Source of the DNA: Dehalococcoidia bacterium | GTDB lineage: Bacteria; Chloroflexota; Dehalococcoidia; Plut-88900 | Assembly: GCA_965207225.1 (NCBI GenBank) | Contig: CBDBLV010000005.1 | Location: forward strand, 1,152,001 to 1,216,000 | Reading direction: 5' to 3' | Length of the DNA: 64,000 nt | Shown here: in pieces, positions 1 through 9,690 of the stretch | How the letters are laid out: every line of letters begins with the position of its first letter | How positions within the stretch are numbered: the stretch's first letter is position 1 | Position numbers and translations under genes: made by a program | Notes under the pieces: generated by a model | The model's database searches: none | Seen by the model: only the letters and a program-made list of their open reading frames with translations | What the model was told of the DNA's origin: nothing

Positions 1-120
1 CTCCGAGGGCGGTGAACCAGACCTTCAACATTGCGGTGCGTCTCCAGCGGGGCGACGAGATCTTCAGGGAAGAATAACACCCTCCAACCTTCGGTCGATA
101 TCTGGGTCGCGAAGGCGGGG

Positions 121-852
121 CTAGTAGACCATCTCTCCGCCGAGGAAGGCGCGAGTCCTGGGGTCACGGGCTTCCGAGAAGAGCTGTTCTGTGGGGCCGA
201 CCTCGACTACTTTGCCGTCAAGGAGGAGGGCCGTGCGGTCGGCGAGGCGTCGGGCCTGGAAGACGTTGTGGGTGACCAGCACGATGGTCGTGCCAATCTC
301 CCTGACATTGCGCTGCATGAGATCTTCGACCAGGGCCACGTTGTAGGGGTCCAGGTTGGCGGTGGGTTCGTCGAGGAGGAGGACCTCGGGTTCCAGGATT
401 AGGGCCCGGGCGAGGGCGACGCGCTGGGTCTCGCCGAAGGAGATGGTTGAAGGGTGCTCGCGGGCCAGGGACTCCATGCCGAGCTTTTCGAGGAAGTCGG
501 CGGCGCGGGTTTTGGCGTCTTTCACGCCGCGCAGCCTGAGGCCGTAGGCGACGTTGTTGAGCACGGAGGTGTTGAAGAGGAGGGGGCTCTGGAAGACCAG
601 GGTCATTCGCCTGCGGAAATCGAGGGAAATCGAGGCCCGGGCGTCGTAGGTCTGGCCGAGGAAGCGGATTGTGCCCGAGGTTTGAGGCTCAAGGAAGTTG
701 AGGAGGCGCAGGAGGGTGCTCTTGCCGGAGCCGCTGGGGCCAATGATGCCGAGGGCCTCACCCCGGTGAATTTCCAGGGACTCTATGTTGCAAGCCTCCC
801 TCTCGCCGTAGCGCTTGACGAGCCGGTCAAGGGTGTAGATGGAGTCGTTCAT
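121..852 (-). CDS. tupC: Tungstate ABC transporter ATP-binding subunit
   Basis: Walker A GPSGSGKST, signature-like SFGETQRV, Walker B LLLDEPT; overlaps the permease gene by 4 nt. Confidence 0.85.
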   Translation of the reverse strand: MNDSIYTLDRLVKRYGEREACNIESLEIHRGEALGIIGPSGSGKSTLLRLLNFLEPQTSGTIRFLGQTYDARASISLDFRRRMTLVFQSPLLFNTSVLNNVAYGLRLRGVKDAKTRAADFLEKLGMESLAREHPSTISFGETQRVALARALILEPEVLLLDEPTANLDPYNVALVEDLMQRNVREIGTTIVLVTHNVFQARRLADRTALLLDGKVVEVGPTEQLFSEARDPRTRAFLGGEMVY

Positions 853-1547
853 CGGGCGAGGGCCCTTCCCTGGAGTCGGGTGGCGATGATGTTGATTGTG
901 AAGGAGATCAGGAGCAGGATGAGGCCGAGGGCAATAGCGGCGGCGAACTCGCCCTTGCGGGTCTCCAGGACGATGGCGGTGGTGAGGACGCGGGTGTTAC
1001 CGGCGATGTTGCCCCCGACGATGATCACGGCCCCAACCTCTGTGACGACGCGGCCGAAGGCGGCGGCGAGGGCGATGACCATGGAGACGCGGGCCTCGCC
1101 GAGGAGGGCGAAAGTGGCCTGGGTGCGGGTTGCACCGAGGCTCCTGAGCTGAAGCCGCATCCCGGGGTTAATGGCCAATATGGCCGACATGGTTAGACTG
1201 GCGATGACGGGGAACGCGATGATGAACTGGGCGACGATTATGGCCCAGGGGGTGAAGAGCCAGCCGAGTATGCCGAATGGCCCCTGCTGAGACAGGAGGA
1301 GGAAGACGATGAGGCCGACGACGACGGTCGGGAAGGCCATGCCGGAATAGGTCAAGCCTATGAGGACTCGGCGGCCGGGGAAGCGGCTGAAGGCTAGCCA
1401 TATTCCGTAGGGTATGGCAGCGGCGGCGGCGAGCAGGAGGGCGAGGCCGGAGACCTGGAGGGAGAAGAGGGCAATGCGCCGGACCTCGGGGTCGAGGCTG
1501 CCGATGAGCTTGAGGGCCTGCCAGATTCCGGATGCTATTTCTTCCAT
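849..1547 (-). CDS. tupB: Tungstate ABC transporter permease
   Basis: Hydrophobic; TupB-like motifs PTVVVGL, EVGAVIIVGGNI, TRVLTTAI. Confidence 0.85.
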   Translation of the reverse strand: MEEIASGIWQALKLIGSLDPEVRRIALFSLQVSGLALLLAAAAAIPYGIWLAFSRFPGRRVLIGLTYSGMAFPTVVVGLIVFLLLSQQGPFGILGWLFTPWAIIVAQFIIAFPVIASLTMSAILAINPGMRLQLRSLGATRTQATFALLGEARVSMVIALAAAFGRVVTEVGAVIIVGGNIAGNTRVLTTAIVLETRKGEFAAAIALGLILLLISFTINIIATRLQGRALAR

Positions 1548-1576
1548 AAGGTCACGCCGCTAGAGTGGAACCGGGG

Positions 1577-2461
1577 TTACGGCATCTCCCCCAGGTGTAC
1601 GGGGTTGAAGAGGGAGAGGCCGAATTCGTCTTTGCGGAAGTCGGCGATACGCTGCTGGGTATCGGGAGAGATGAGGAACCGGATGAAGGCGTCGGCGAGC
1701 TCGGACTGGACCTGGAGGTACTTGTCGGGGTTGACCATGATGACGTGGTAGGGATTGAAGAGCCGTTCGTCGCCTTCGGCCACTATGACGAGGTTGAGCT
1801 CCTTGCGGGCGAGGAAGGTGCCCCTGTCGGTGAGGGTGTATGCGCCGAGCTCGTTGGCAGTAGTAAGGGTGCCGCCCATGCCCTGTCCGAGGGAGAGATA
1901 CCAGTCCTTGGCTTCCACGGACTCCACGCCGGCCTCGGTCCACATTTCTGTTTCCTTGACGTGGGTACCCGACGCATCGCCGCGGGATGCGAACTTGGAG
2001 CCGGTTGCGGCGATGCGGCGGAAGGCCTCGGTGGCGTTGGCTAGGCCCGAGGCCTGGGCGGGGTCGTGGGGGGGGCCGAGGACTACGAAGTCGTTGTACA
2101 TGACGTAGGTGCGGTCGACACCGTTGCCCTCCTCCACGAACTGCAATTCGAGGGAGGGGGCGTGTACTAGGACGACATCGGCGTCGCCTCGGGCGGCGAT
2201 GGCAAGGGCCTGGCCGGTGCCCACGGAGATAACCCTGACGTGGGCGTTGTGCTCGTCCTCGAAGGGGGGGATGACGTGATCCAGGAGGCCGGAGTCGTAG
2301 GTGCTGGTTGTGGTGGTGAGGACAAGGGAGCGCTCGGCGCCCTGGAAGCAGGCGGTCGTTGCCAACAGGGCTGCCAGGGCCAGGAGAGCAAATACCCGCG
2401 ACCGAAGACCGCCTATGTTGCCAAATGTGCTTGTCATTTCCCTTATGGGTCCGTTCTTCAA
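1577..2461 (-). CDS. tupA: Tungstate-binding lipoprotein
   Basis: TTTSTYDSGLL, GTGQAL, SRGDASGTH motifs; lipobox-like LATTAC; true start may lie downstream of 2461. Confidence 0.88.
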   Translation of the reverse strand: MKNGPIREMTSTFGNIGGLRSRVFALLALAALLATTACFQGAERSLVLTTTTSTYDSGLLDHVIPPFEDEHNAHVRVISVGTGQALAIAARGDADVVLVHAPSLELQFVEEGNGVDRTYVMYNDFVVLGPPHDPAQASGLANATEAFRRIAATGSKFASRGDASGTHVKETEMWTEAGVESVEAKDWYLSLGQGMGGTLTTANELGAYTLTDRGTFLARKELNLVIVAEGDERLFNPYHVIMVNPDKYLQVQSELADAFIRFLISPDTQQRIADFRKDEFGLSLFNPVHLGEMP

Positions 2462-2491
2462 AGCCGCCGCATTCTATGCAAGGAAAGTATG

Positions 2492-2521
2492 ATTGTCAAT
2501 AAGATAAGTTTACTTTACAAT
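2492..2521. promoter_or_regulatory. Candidate operator in the tupA/regulator divergent promoter region
   Basis: AT-rich imperfect palindrome ATTGTCAA-N14-TTTACAAT (7/8 match) in the 70-bp divergent gap. Confidence 0.4.
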
Positions 2522-2531
2522 CGACATAGAT

Positions 2532-3644
2532 ATGTCCAGTCTTTCGAATAACCTGAAATCGGCGAGGGTCTCAGCGGGACTTTCGCAGGCGGCGCTGGCG
2601 ATGAAAGCCGGGGTGTCGCGGCAGGCTTACGCGGCAATCGAGGGCGGGAGATCGGTGCCGTCCACGGAGGTGTCGCTGAGGCTGGCTCGGGCGTTGGGGT
2701 GCAGAGTGGAATCGCTGTTCTCGTTGCCGTACGAGGAAGAGGGGATGGTGACCGCGGAGCTGGCACCGACCTCCCAGTCGTCGGTGCTGCCGTCGAGGGT
2801 GCAGCTGTTCAGTGTAGGGGGGAGGAGGTTTGCGCGGCCGCTACTGGGTCGGAACTCTACCAGCTACACGATGGCGCCCGCGGACGGGATAGCGATGGGT
2901 GCAACTTCCCCGGATGGGGTGTCGGTGCGGCTACTGGCGCCCCTGGAAGAGGCGGAAACGCTGGTGCTGGCGGGCGGCGACCCGGCGATACCGTTCCTAT
3001 CCCGGGACTTGGCGTTGCGGAACTTCCGCATGGTACGGCTGGGAGAAGACAGCAACACCGCATTGAGCTACCTTTCGGGGGGGATGGCACACGTGGCGGG
3101 CTGTCACCTGTTTGACGAGGACACGGGCCAGTACAACGTGTCGTGGGTGCGGCGTCGGGCGCCGTTTCCGTGCTCGGTGATCACGTTTGCCATCCGGGAG
3201 CAGGGGCTAATCGTTGCGGCGGGCAACCCGAAGGGGATATCGGGGGTGGGAGACCTTTCGAGGCCTGACATATTGTTCATCAACCGGGAGGAGGGGTCGG
3301 GGAGCCGGGCGCTGATGGACAGGCTCGTGGCGAGAGCGGGGGTGGGAGGGGAGATGATAGGGGGTTACGAGCGGTCGGTGGAAGGGCACCTGGCGGTGGC
3401 GGATGCTGTGGCGACAGGCCTGGCGGACGCGGGGATCGGGGTTAGGTCGGCGGCGGAGGCCCGGGGGCTGGGCTTCGTGTCGCTGGGGCAGGAGCGCTAC
3501 GACTTCGTGATACCCAACCACTTCATGGATTTGCCGATGGTGCAGGCCTTCATCGAGACGCTGAAGCAGCCCTATCCTCGAAGGCAGGTGGAGGCGCTGG
3601 GGGGCTACGACGTTTCGCCGATGGGGGAGGCGGTGGCCGTATAA
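2532..3644 (+). CDS. XRE-HTH + PBP-like (molybdate/tungstate-sensing) transcriptional regulator
   Basis: N-terminal XRE HTH (LSQAALAMKAGVSRQ...IEGG); C-terminal PBP_like domain (FINREEGSGSR, ERYDFVIP); divergent from tupABC. Confidence 0.8.
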   Translation: MSSLSNNLKSARVSAGLSQAALAMKAGVSRQAYAAIEGGRSVPSTEVSLRLARALGCRVESLFSLPYEEEGMVTAELAPTSQSSVLPSRVQLFSVGGRRFARPLLGRNSTSYTMAPADGIAMGATSPDGVSVRLLAPLEEAETLVLAGGDPAIPFLSRDLALRNFRMVRLGEDSNTALSYLSGGMAHVAGCHLFDEDTGQYNVSWVRRRAPFPCSVITFAIREQGLIVAAGNPKGISGVGDLSRPDILFINREEGSGSRALMDRLVARAGVGGEMIGGYERSVEGHLAVADAVATGLADAGIGVRSAAEARGLGFVSLGQERYDFVIPNHFMDLPMVQAFIETLKQPYPRRQVEALGGYDVSPMGEAVAV

Positions 3645-3681
3645 TTGCCTGTGGTCGGGTCTCGGGTTTCTTTGAGTCGAA

Positions 3682-5211
3682 TTGAGTTACCAGGGCTCCG
3701 TGAAGGCTGTACAAATTCCCAACTATTCGGACACGGTAGTAATAGGTGGCGGAACGGCGGGGGCCGCTGTGGCAGGGCTTCTGGCCGAACGGGGTGATCA
3801 GTCAGTGGTCCTCCTTGAAGCAGGACCGGACTACGGCCCATTTTCTGAAGGTCGATGGCCCACCGACCTCCTGGATGGCCGCATCGTAGCCGAGACCCAT
3901 GACTGGGCTTACACGAGTACAGCTATCAACGGTCGGTCGGGCCACGCCCTGGAAAGGGCGAGGGTCATCGGTGGGTGTTCATCGCATAACGGGTGCATTG
4001 CGCTTTGGGGCAGCCGCGTTGACTACGATGGGTGGGCGGCGGCGGGCAACGATGGATGGTCGACGGAGGAGGTGCTGCCGTATTTTCGGAGGGCGTCGGG
4101 GCGGCTGCAGGTGCGGGAGTTTTCTCCCGAAGAGGTGACGCCGTTTCACGGGGCGTGCATCGAGGCGATGGCCGGGGCAGGGGTCCCGGTTATCGAAGAC
4201 CTTAACGACATTGACGAGAACTTCGGGGCGGCGATTTCACCAATTAACATCCGGGAGGGAGTAAGGTGGAATGCCTCATTTGCCTACCTGGACCCTGTGC
4301 GGGACTCAGGCTATCTCACGGTGGTGGGGGACACCGTAGTTGAAAAGATCAATCTGGAGGGCCCGCGTGTTGTATCCGTGGACGCGGTAATTGGTGGGGA
4401 GAGGGCGACGGTCGGGGCGGGGCGGGTGGTGGTGTGTGCGGGGGCGTACGGGTCTGCGGCTGTTCTGATGGGGTCGGGGGTGGGGGCGGGTGGGGAACTG
4501 GCGAGGTTGGGGATTGAAACAGTGGTTGACTTGCCGGGGGTGGGTAGGAATCTGCACGATCATCCGGCCTTCGGCCTCGAATACCGGAGCACAGCGCTGT
4601 TCAACTCGCTGATGGACGATTTTGTGGCCGGGGGCAGGACCGTATATGCGGAGCAAAGCCTGGCAAAGGCGCGGAGCAGTAGATGTGACAAGGCTTTCGA
4701 CCTTCACATTGCTCCAATCGCCTTTATCGAACGCGAGGAGTCGGGGGACTGGCGGTTCAAGATAGCCGTGGCGAACATGGCGCCCAAGTCCCGGGGTCGC
4801 TTAACTCTGCGTGATGCCGACCCGAACAGCGCCCTAAACATCGACACCGGCTATTACACCGACCCAGAGGACTCGGACATTGGGGTGGTGATGGACGGGA
4901 TAGAGTTGGCGAGAGAAATTGCGGGGCAGAAAGCGCTAGCGGAGCTGATAGGAGAGGAGCTTGAGGAGACAGCTAGGCTGGTCTTAGTGGAGGACGTGCG
5001 GCGGAACAGCGTGCACTATTACCACCCTGTCGGGACGTGCAAGATGGGGCCCGACTCGGACCCCAATGCGGTCGTGGATGCGCGAGGGAAGGTGTACGGG
5101 GTGGACAATCTTTATGTGGCGGATGCATCGATCATGCCGGTCGTGCCCCGGGCGAACACAAACCTGCCGTCGGTGATGCTGGCGGAGAAGATTGTGTCGG
5201 GGCTGGGGTAG
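3682..5211 (+). CDS. GMC family FAD oxidoreductase (choline dehydrogenase-like)
   Basis: GGGTAG, LLEAG, GGCSSHNG, VGRNLHDH, YYHPVGTCKMG, DASIMP..PRANT; start may be GTG at 3700. Confidence 0.9.
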   Translation: MSYQGSVKAVQIPNYSDTVVIGGGTAGAAVAGLLAERGDQSVVLLEAGPDYGPFSEGRWPTDLLDGRIVAETHDWAYTSTAINGRSGHALERARVIGGCSSHNGCIALWGSRVDYDGWAAAGNDGWSTEEVLPYFRRASGRLQVREFSPEEVTPFHGACIEAMAGAGVPVIEDLNDIDENFGAAISPINIREGVRWNASFAYLDPVRDSGYLTVVGDTVVEKINLEGPRVVSVDAVIGGERATVGAGRVVVCAGAYGSAAVLMGSGVGAGGELARLGIETVVDLPGVGRNLHDHPAFGLEYRSTALFNSLMDDFVAGGRTVYAEQSLAKARSSRCDKAFDLHIAPIAFIEREESGDWRFKIAVANMAPKSRGRLTLRDADPNSALNIDTGYYTDPEDSDIGVVMDGIELAREIAGQKALAELIGEELEETARLVLVEDVRRNSVHYYHPVGTCKMGPDSDPNAVVDARGKVYGVDNLYVADASIMPVVPRANTNLPSVMLAEKIVSGLG

Positions 5212-5212
5212 G

Positions 5213-5908
5213 CTAAGAAGTGGTCATAGTCTCTCGTCCGTAATCGCAGTACTGGCTTAGGGCGCAGCGGGGACAGTCGGGGCGCTTGCGGCAGACGTCC
5301 TTAGCGAGGGCGATGAGGAGGGCGTGGTATTCGGCGAGCATCTGGGTATCGGCAGGGAGGGAGTCTTCGAAGAAAGCCTGGAGGTCGGGGTAGGGGGCTC
5401 GGGGGTCGGGGACCAGGCCCAGGCGACCCATTATGCGGCGGGTGTATTCGTCTATGACGAATTTGGGATTGCCTGCGGCGTAGAGGAGGATGCAGTCGGC
5501 GGTCTCCCGGCCGATGCCGTGGATGGAGAGGAGTTCGGACCTGAGGGTTTCGGGGTCCTGGGAGAGCATGGCGTCCAGGTCTCCACCATGTCGTCTTATG
5601 ACATGGTCTGCAAATGCCTTTACCCGGCGGGCTTTGATGGTGTAGAAGCCGGAGGAGCGGACGAGATCGCCTATGTCAGTCTTGGAAAGTTCGGCGAGGG
5701 TGGCTACATTCAACGCACCGGCACTTCGGAGGGCGGCGAGGGCTTTTGCGGCATTGGCCCAGGCGGTCGACTGGACCAGAATGGCGCCGATAATCATTTC
5801 GAGAGGGGTGTCGGCGGGCCACCAGTTCTGGGGTCCGTACCTTTCGAGGAGGAGGTCGTAGACCCTGCACAAGTATTTTGATACGTCATTGGTGAGTTTG
5901 CCGCTCAT
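5213..5908 (-). CDS. HhH-GPD endonuclease III-related protein
   Basis: WWPADTPLEMIIGAILVQ, LLSIHGIGRETAD, C-terminal 4Fe-4S motif CRKRPDCPRCALSQYC. Confidence 0.85.
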   Translation of the reverse strand: MSGKLTNDVSKYLCRVYDLLLERYGPQNWWPADTPLEMIIGAILVQSTAWANAAKALAALRSAGALNVATLAELSKTDIGDLVRSSGFYTIKARRVKAFADHVIRRHGGDLDAMLSQDPETLRSELLSIHGIGRETADCILLYAAGNPKFVIDEYTRRIMGRLGLVPDPRAPYPDLQAFFEDSLPADTQMLAEYHALLIALAKDVCRKRPDCPRCALSQYCDYGRETMTTS

Positions 5909-6029
5909 GAGATGCTACCGATGCCCTGCGCTTTCCATTTTCTCTACTATAATTTGCCGGGAAACACTAAGACATTATCGTTTACCAGGCAGCAGACCTA
6001 TACACGGAAAACTACGGGGAGAACGCAAC

Positions 6030-6428
6030 TTGAACCTCGATCAGATGAAGCACTACCAGGGCAAGCTGGCTTATGAAATGGACTCGGCGGACCTGCAGGA
6101 TGCGCTGGACAACGGGGAAGCCATTGTAGTCGTTGATGGACGTGCGGCGAGCGCGTATGCAAGCGAGCATATCCCGGAGGCCATAAGCCTGCCTCACAGG
6201 GAGATCAGCGCCAATTCCACGGAGTGGCTGGATAAGTCGAAAGTGTATGTCTGCTACTGCGACGGAATCGGGTGTAATGCCTCGACGAAGACTGCGCTAA
6301 AGCTGCTGACTCTTGGGTTTGAAGTACGGGAATTGATCGGCGGGCTGGACTGGTGGAAGCGGGACGGCCACCCGACCCACGGCGCCGATGCGCTTATCGG
6401 GAGCGCTGTCGGGTGCGGGTGTAACTAG
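6030..6428 (+). CDS. Rhodanese-like domain protein
   Basis: VVDGR...HIPEAISLP, YCDGIGCNAS, ELIGGLDWW; TTG start after GGGGAG. Confidence 0.85.
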   Translation: MNLDQMKHYQGKLAYEMDSADLQDALDNGEAIVVVDGRAASAYASEHIPEAISLPHREISANSTEWLDKSKVYVCYCDGIGCNASTKTALKLLTLGFEVRELIGGLDWWKRDGHPTHGADALIGSAVGCGCN

Positions 6429-6460
6429 TCACATTCAGTACAGAAGGGTCCGAGGCTCTT

Positions 6461-7153
6461 TCAGGCCAAATCCACCGGGATACGTGCCCCGAGGGTGATC
6501 TCTTCCATGGTGACATCGCACCCGTAGGCGTGGATGTCTACGCCCATTTTCGCAGCTTCTTCCAACGTGGCGGCGAAGTCGGGGTCGGCGGACTTGTAGG
6601 GGGTAAAGAGTTGGGCGTCCGGCCTCTGGACGACGAAGATGACCGCGGCACGGTAGCCCTGGTCGACGGCTTTCATGAGGGTGCGGAGGTGTTTCGTGCC
6701 GCGGGTGGTAGGGGAGTCGGGGAAGAGGGCTGTGCCGTTGCAGACGAGGGTCACGGACTTGGTCTCCACGTAGACCCGGCCCCCGGGGCCCGAGAAACAG
6801 AGGTCGAGGCGGCTTTCCTCAAAGGTCACTTCTCTTTCGATGACCGGGTAGCCCTCGAACTGGGGTAGTTTGCCGAGGGTGTGGGCCTCGGCGACGAGGG
6901 AAGGGGGGAGACGGGCGTCGCAGGAGACCAAGACATTGTCTATGCGGACGAGGCGGAGGTCGAAGGCGGTCTTGCGGTGAGGGGAGGAAGCGGGTGAGAC
7001 ATAGACCTGGGCGTCTGGGACGAATAGCTCATGGAGCCGGCCGGAGTTGGGGACGTGGGCCACGGCCTCCGTGCCGTCCACTTCGACTCGGGCGGCGAAC
7101 CTGTTGAGGCGTTCTTTGAAGAAAGCCTGGCGGAGGTCGGGTGGGGACTTCAT
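6461..7153 (-). CDS. sfsA: Sugar fermentation stimulation protein / nuclease SfsA
   Basis: RLNRF, HVPNSGRL, SRLD, ETKSVTL, FPDSPTTRGTKHL. Confidence 0.92.
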   Translation of the reverse strand: MKSPPDLRQAFFKERLNRFAARVEVDGTEAVAHVPNSGRLHELFVPDAQVYVSPASSPHRKTAFDLRLVRIDNVLVSCDARLPPSLVAEAHTLGKLPQFEGYPVIEREVTFEESRLDLCFSGPGGRVYVETKSVTLVCNGTALFPDSPTTRGTKHLRTLMKAVDQGYRAAVIFVVQRPDAQLFTPYKSADPDFAATLEEAAKMGVDIHAYGCDVTMEEITLGARIPVDLA

Positions 7154-7215
7154 GGAGATGATTGTACCCGTTACGCCCCTCCCACCACTCGTACCAATTG
7201 TGATACGGTTAATCT

Positions 7216-8052
7216 ATGCAGAGCAACAGTTTCGTGGACAAGCTACGGCGGGCCACCGAGGCCAATGAGAGTCTTCTATGCGTGGGGCTGGACCCCGATC
7301 CGCTTCTCATGCCCATCGGCGATGTCTTCGAGTTCAACCGGGCGATTGTGGATGCGACTTGGGACCTGGTCTGCTGTTACAAGCCTAACCTGGCATTCTA
7401 CGAGGCGTTCGGGCCTCCGGGGCTGGAGGCGCTCAAGCGGACGGTGGAGCACATCGGCAGTGACATTCCGGTGATTGGGGATGCGAAGCGGGGAGATATA
7501 GGGAACACGGCCCGGGCATATGCGTCGGCGCTGTTTGATTACTATGGGTTCGACGCGGTGACCGCCAACCCGTACATGGGCGGCGACACACTGGCCCCGT
7601 TCCTTGACTATGCAGACAGAGGGGTCTTTGTGGTGTGCCGAACGTCAAATCCAGGGTCAGGGGACTTCCAATCGCTGCCCATCACCCGACCGGATGGGGA
7701 GGAGTGGCCGCTCTACATGGAAGTGGCGACACGATGCAACGAGTGGAACGTCTCAGGAGGGGTGGGGCTGGTGGTGGGGGCTACGTATGCGGAGGAACTG
7801 CGGCAGGTCCGCGGCCTGTGTCCCGACTTGCCTATCCTCATCCCGGGCATCGGGGTGCAGGGGGGAGATTTGCGGGCGTCGGTGGTGAATGGGCTGGACA
7901 GGCGGGGGGGCGGCATCCTGATCTCGGCCTCCCGGCAGGTGATATACGCATCCAAGGGGCCGGACTTTGCGGAGCGGGCGAGGGACGCCGCCCTTGATTT
8001 GAGGAATCGCATCAACCAGTGCCGGGCAGAAGCGGCCCGAATCCGGGCATAG
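7216..8052 (+). CDS. pyrF: Orotidine-5'-phosphate decarboxylase
   Basis: LCVGLDP, YKPNLAFYE, DAKRGDIGNT, RTSNPGS, LIPGIGVQGG. Confidence 0.95.
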   Translation: MQSNSFVDKLRRATEANESLLCVGLDPDPLLMPIGDVFEFNRAIVDATWDLVCCYKPNLAFYEAFGPPGLEALKRTVEHIGSDIPVIGDAKRGDIGNTARAYASALFDYYGFDAVTANPYMGGDTLAPFLDYADRGVFVVCRTSNPGSGDFQSLPITRPDGEEWPLYMEVATRCNEWNVSGGVGLVVGATYAEELRQVRGLCPDLPILIPGIGVQGGDLRASVVNGLDRRGGGILISASRQVIYASKGPDFAERARDAALDLRNRINQCRAEAARIRA

Positions 8053-8056
8053 ATCT

Positions 8057-8278
8057 ATGCTCCGGGAGTTTGCGATAGGCGACGTGGTACGGATGCGCAA
8101 GCCACACCCGTGCGGGGGTTATGAGTGGGAAGTGACGCGGCTGGGGGCGGATATAGGGGGGCGGTGCGTGAATTGCCAGCACCGGATTTTGCTGTCGCGT
8201 TCGGCGTTTGAGAAGCGGGTGAAGTCGGTGGTGTCCCGGGCCCGGGCGCCGAACCCGCTCACGCCAAATCCGGATTAA
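8057..8278 (+). CDS. DUF951 family protein
   Basis: GDVVRMRKPHPCGGYEWEVTRLGADI..C..C. Confidence 0.9.
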   Translation: MLREFAIGDVVRMRKPHPCGGYEWEVTRLGADIGGRCVNCQHRILLSRSAFEKRVKSVVSRARAPNPLTPNPD

Positions 8279-8284
8279 AGGGCT

Positions 8285-8318
8285 GGGGCCGCCCTGTTTG
8301 ACAGGGCGGCCCCTTTTT
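8285..8318 (+). terminator. Rho-independent terminator
   Basis: 13-bp stem GGGGCCGCCCTGT-ttg-ACAGGGCGGCCCC then TTTTT, between convergent genes. Confidence 0.85.
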
Positions 8319-8338
8319 GCCTTGTTTACCCTTGCGGG

Positions 8339-9658
8339 TTATTTGAAGGTTATCTGGATGGCTAGGAGGGACTCGTCGGGCTCACGGCGCATTACGACGT
8401 CGACCTCCCTACCCGCAACATCGTCTTCGGTGATGTCGCTGGGGAGGGTGCCGGACAGGGCTGCGTCGCCGATGATCTCGGTCTCGAAATCAATGAGGGA
8501 GAAGGTGCGGCCTGCGACTACCCACTCGATGGAGGTGGTGGTAAGGCCTGCCTCGAAGACGGAGACCACCTCAGCGCTTTCAACCGTGCCCGATACGTCC
8601 TGGATAAACCCGCTGCGGCGTTCACAGTCCCATATCAGCTGGGTGACTCTCTCCGTGGAGTAGTCCTCAACAAGGGACTCGCCGTCCACGACGGCGTCAG
8701 ACGTTTGCTCGAGGGAAGACATGCTGTCTGCGCCCGGGAAGAGTGGCGGAAGCTCGCCGTCCAGCCGCCCCTCGAAGTTGTTCAGGTAGCGCCACAGCTC
8801 GGAGTCAGCGTCAAGGACCAAGGTGTCCTGATCGGAAAGGGCCTTGGAGTAGGCCTCCAGGCTGCGCTGGAAGTTGTAGAACTCGGGGTCCTTGTTAAAG
8901 GCGCTGGCGAAGATCTTCACCGCAACGGACTCACCGCAACCACGGATGATGTCGGAGTCACGCATTGCGTTGGCGATGGTGATTGTGCGGGTCCTGTCTG
9001 CGGAGGCCCGGATCCTGAAGTCGAACTCGGACCCTTCCGCTCGGAAGAGAGCGGCTTCCTGCTGACGTTCAGCGTTCATCCTCTGGAAGATGCTCTGCTG
9101 AATGGTCTCGGTAAAGTCCGCCCTCTTGATCCTGACGTCGATAATTTCGACGCCGATGTCCTGGGCGCTCTGTTTACTTATGTCGGTCACAGCCTGCACG
9201 ATGGTAGGCACGCCGTTGATTTCGCCGGTGCGCCTCTGATTGATGATGATGTCCGACTGGTTGTAGGAAGCGATCTGCTTCTTCAGTTCACCAGAGATGA
9301 TGTCCCGGAGGCGGGCATCGGCGCCGGCTTCGTTGATGACCGTTTCGAAGAACTTCCTGGGCTCGGTAATCTTGTACCGGGCATAGGCATCAATGATGAG
9401 GTTCTTCTTGTCGAGGGTAATCAGCGTCTCGGGGGGCGCATCGAAGCGAAGGAGGCGCTTTTCGTACTTGGTGACGGTCTCTATGAACGGGATCTTGGTC
9501 TTAAGACCGGGGTCCCGCACCTCTCTGTTGAATTCTCCGAACCGGAGGACCAAGGCCTGGTTGGTCTCGTCCACGGTATAGAGAAACTGGGGTATCACAA
9601 TCACCGCAATGATGATCAGTACTACCAGTCCAATTGCGTATTTTAGGCCCTTAGGCAT
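8339..9658 (-). CDS. hflC: FtsH modulator HflC with C-terminal extension
   Basis: N-terminal TM, SPFH domain (LVLRFG, PGLKTKIPFI, DVRIKRAD, RMNAER, DPEFYNFQRSLEAY); about 140 extra residues. Confidence 0.9.
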   Translation of the reverse strand: MPKGLKYAIGLVVLIIIAVIVIPQFLYTVDETNQALVLRFGEFNREVRDPGLKTKIPFIETVTKYEKRLLRFDAPPETLITLDKKNLIIDAYARYKITEPRKFFETVINEAGADARLRDIISGELKKQIASYNQSDIIINQRRTGEINGVPTIVQAVTDISKQSAQDIGVEIIDVRIKRADFTETIQQSIFQRMNAERQQEAALFRAEGSEFDFRIRASADRTRTITIANAMRDSDIIRGCGESVAVKIFASAFNKDPEFYNFQRSLEAYSKALSDQDTLVLDADSELWRYLNNFEGRLDGELPPLFPGADSMSSLEQTSDAVVDGESLVEDYSTERVTQLIWDCERRSGFIQDVSGTVESAEVVSVFEAGLTTTSIEWVVAGRTFSLIDFETEIIGDAALSGTLPSDITEDDVAGREVDVVMRREPDESLLAIQITFK

Positions 9659-9690
9659 TGACTCGAGCTCCTGTTTATTTGCTGCAGCGC

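Noticed and set aside
1-90. Possible minus-strand gene start after tupC (GGAGG then GTG near 80, or ATG near 30)
   Set aside because: Cut by the window edge; too short to pick a frame or product
3682-5211. Mycofactocin MftG assignment for the GMC enzyme
   Set aside because: No mft genes in the window; family-level call only
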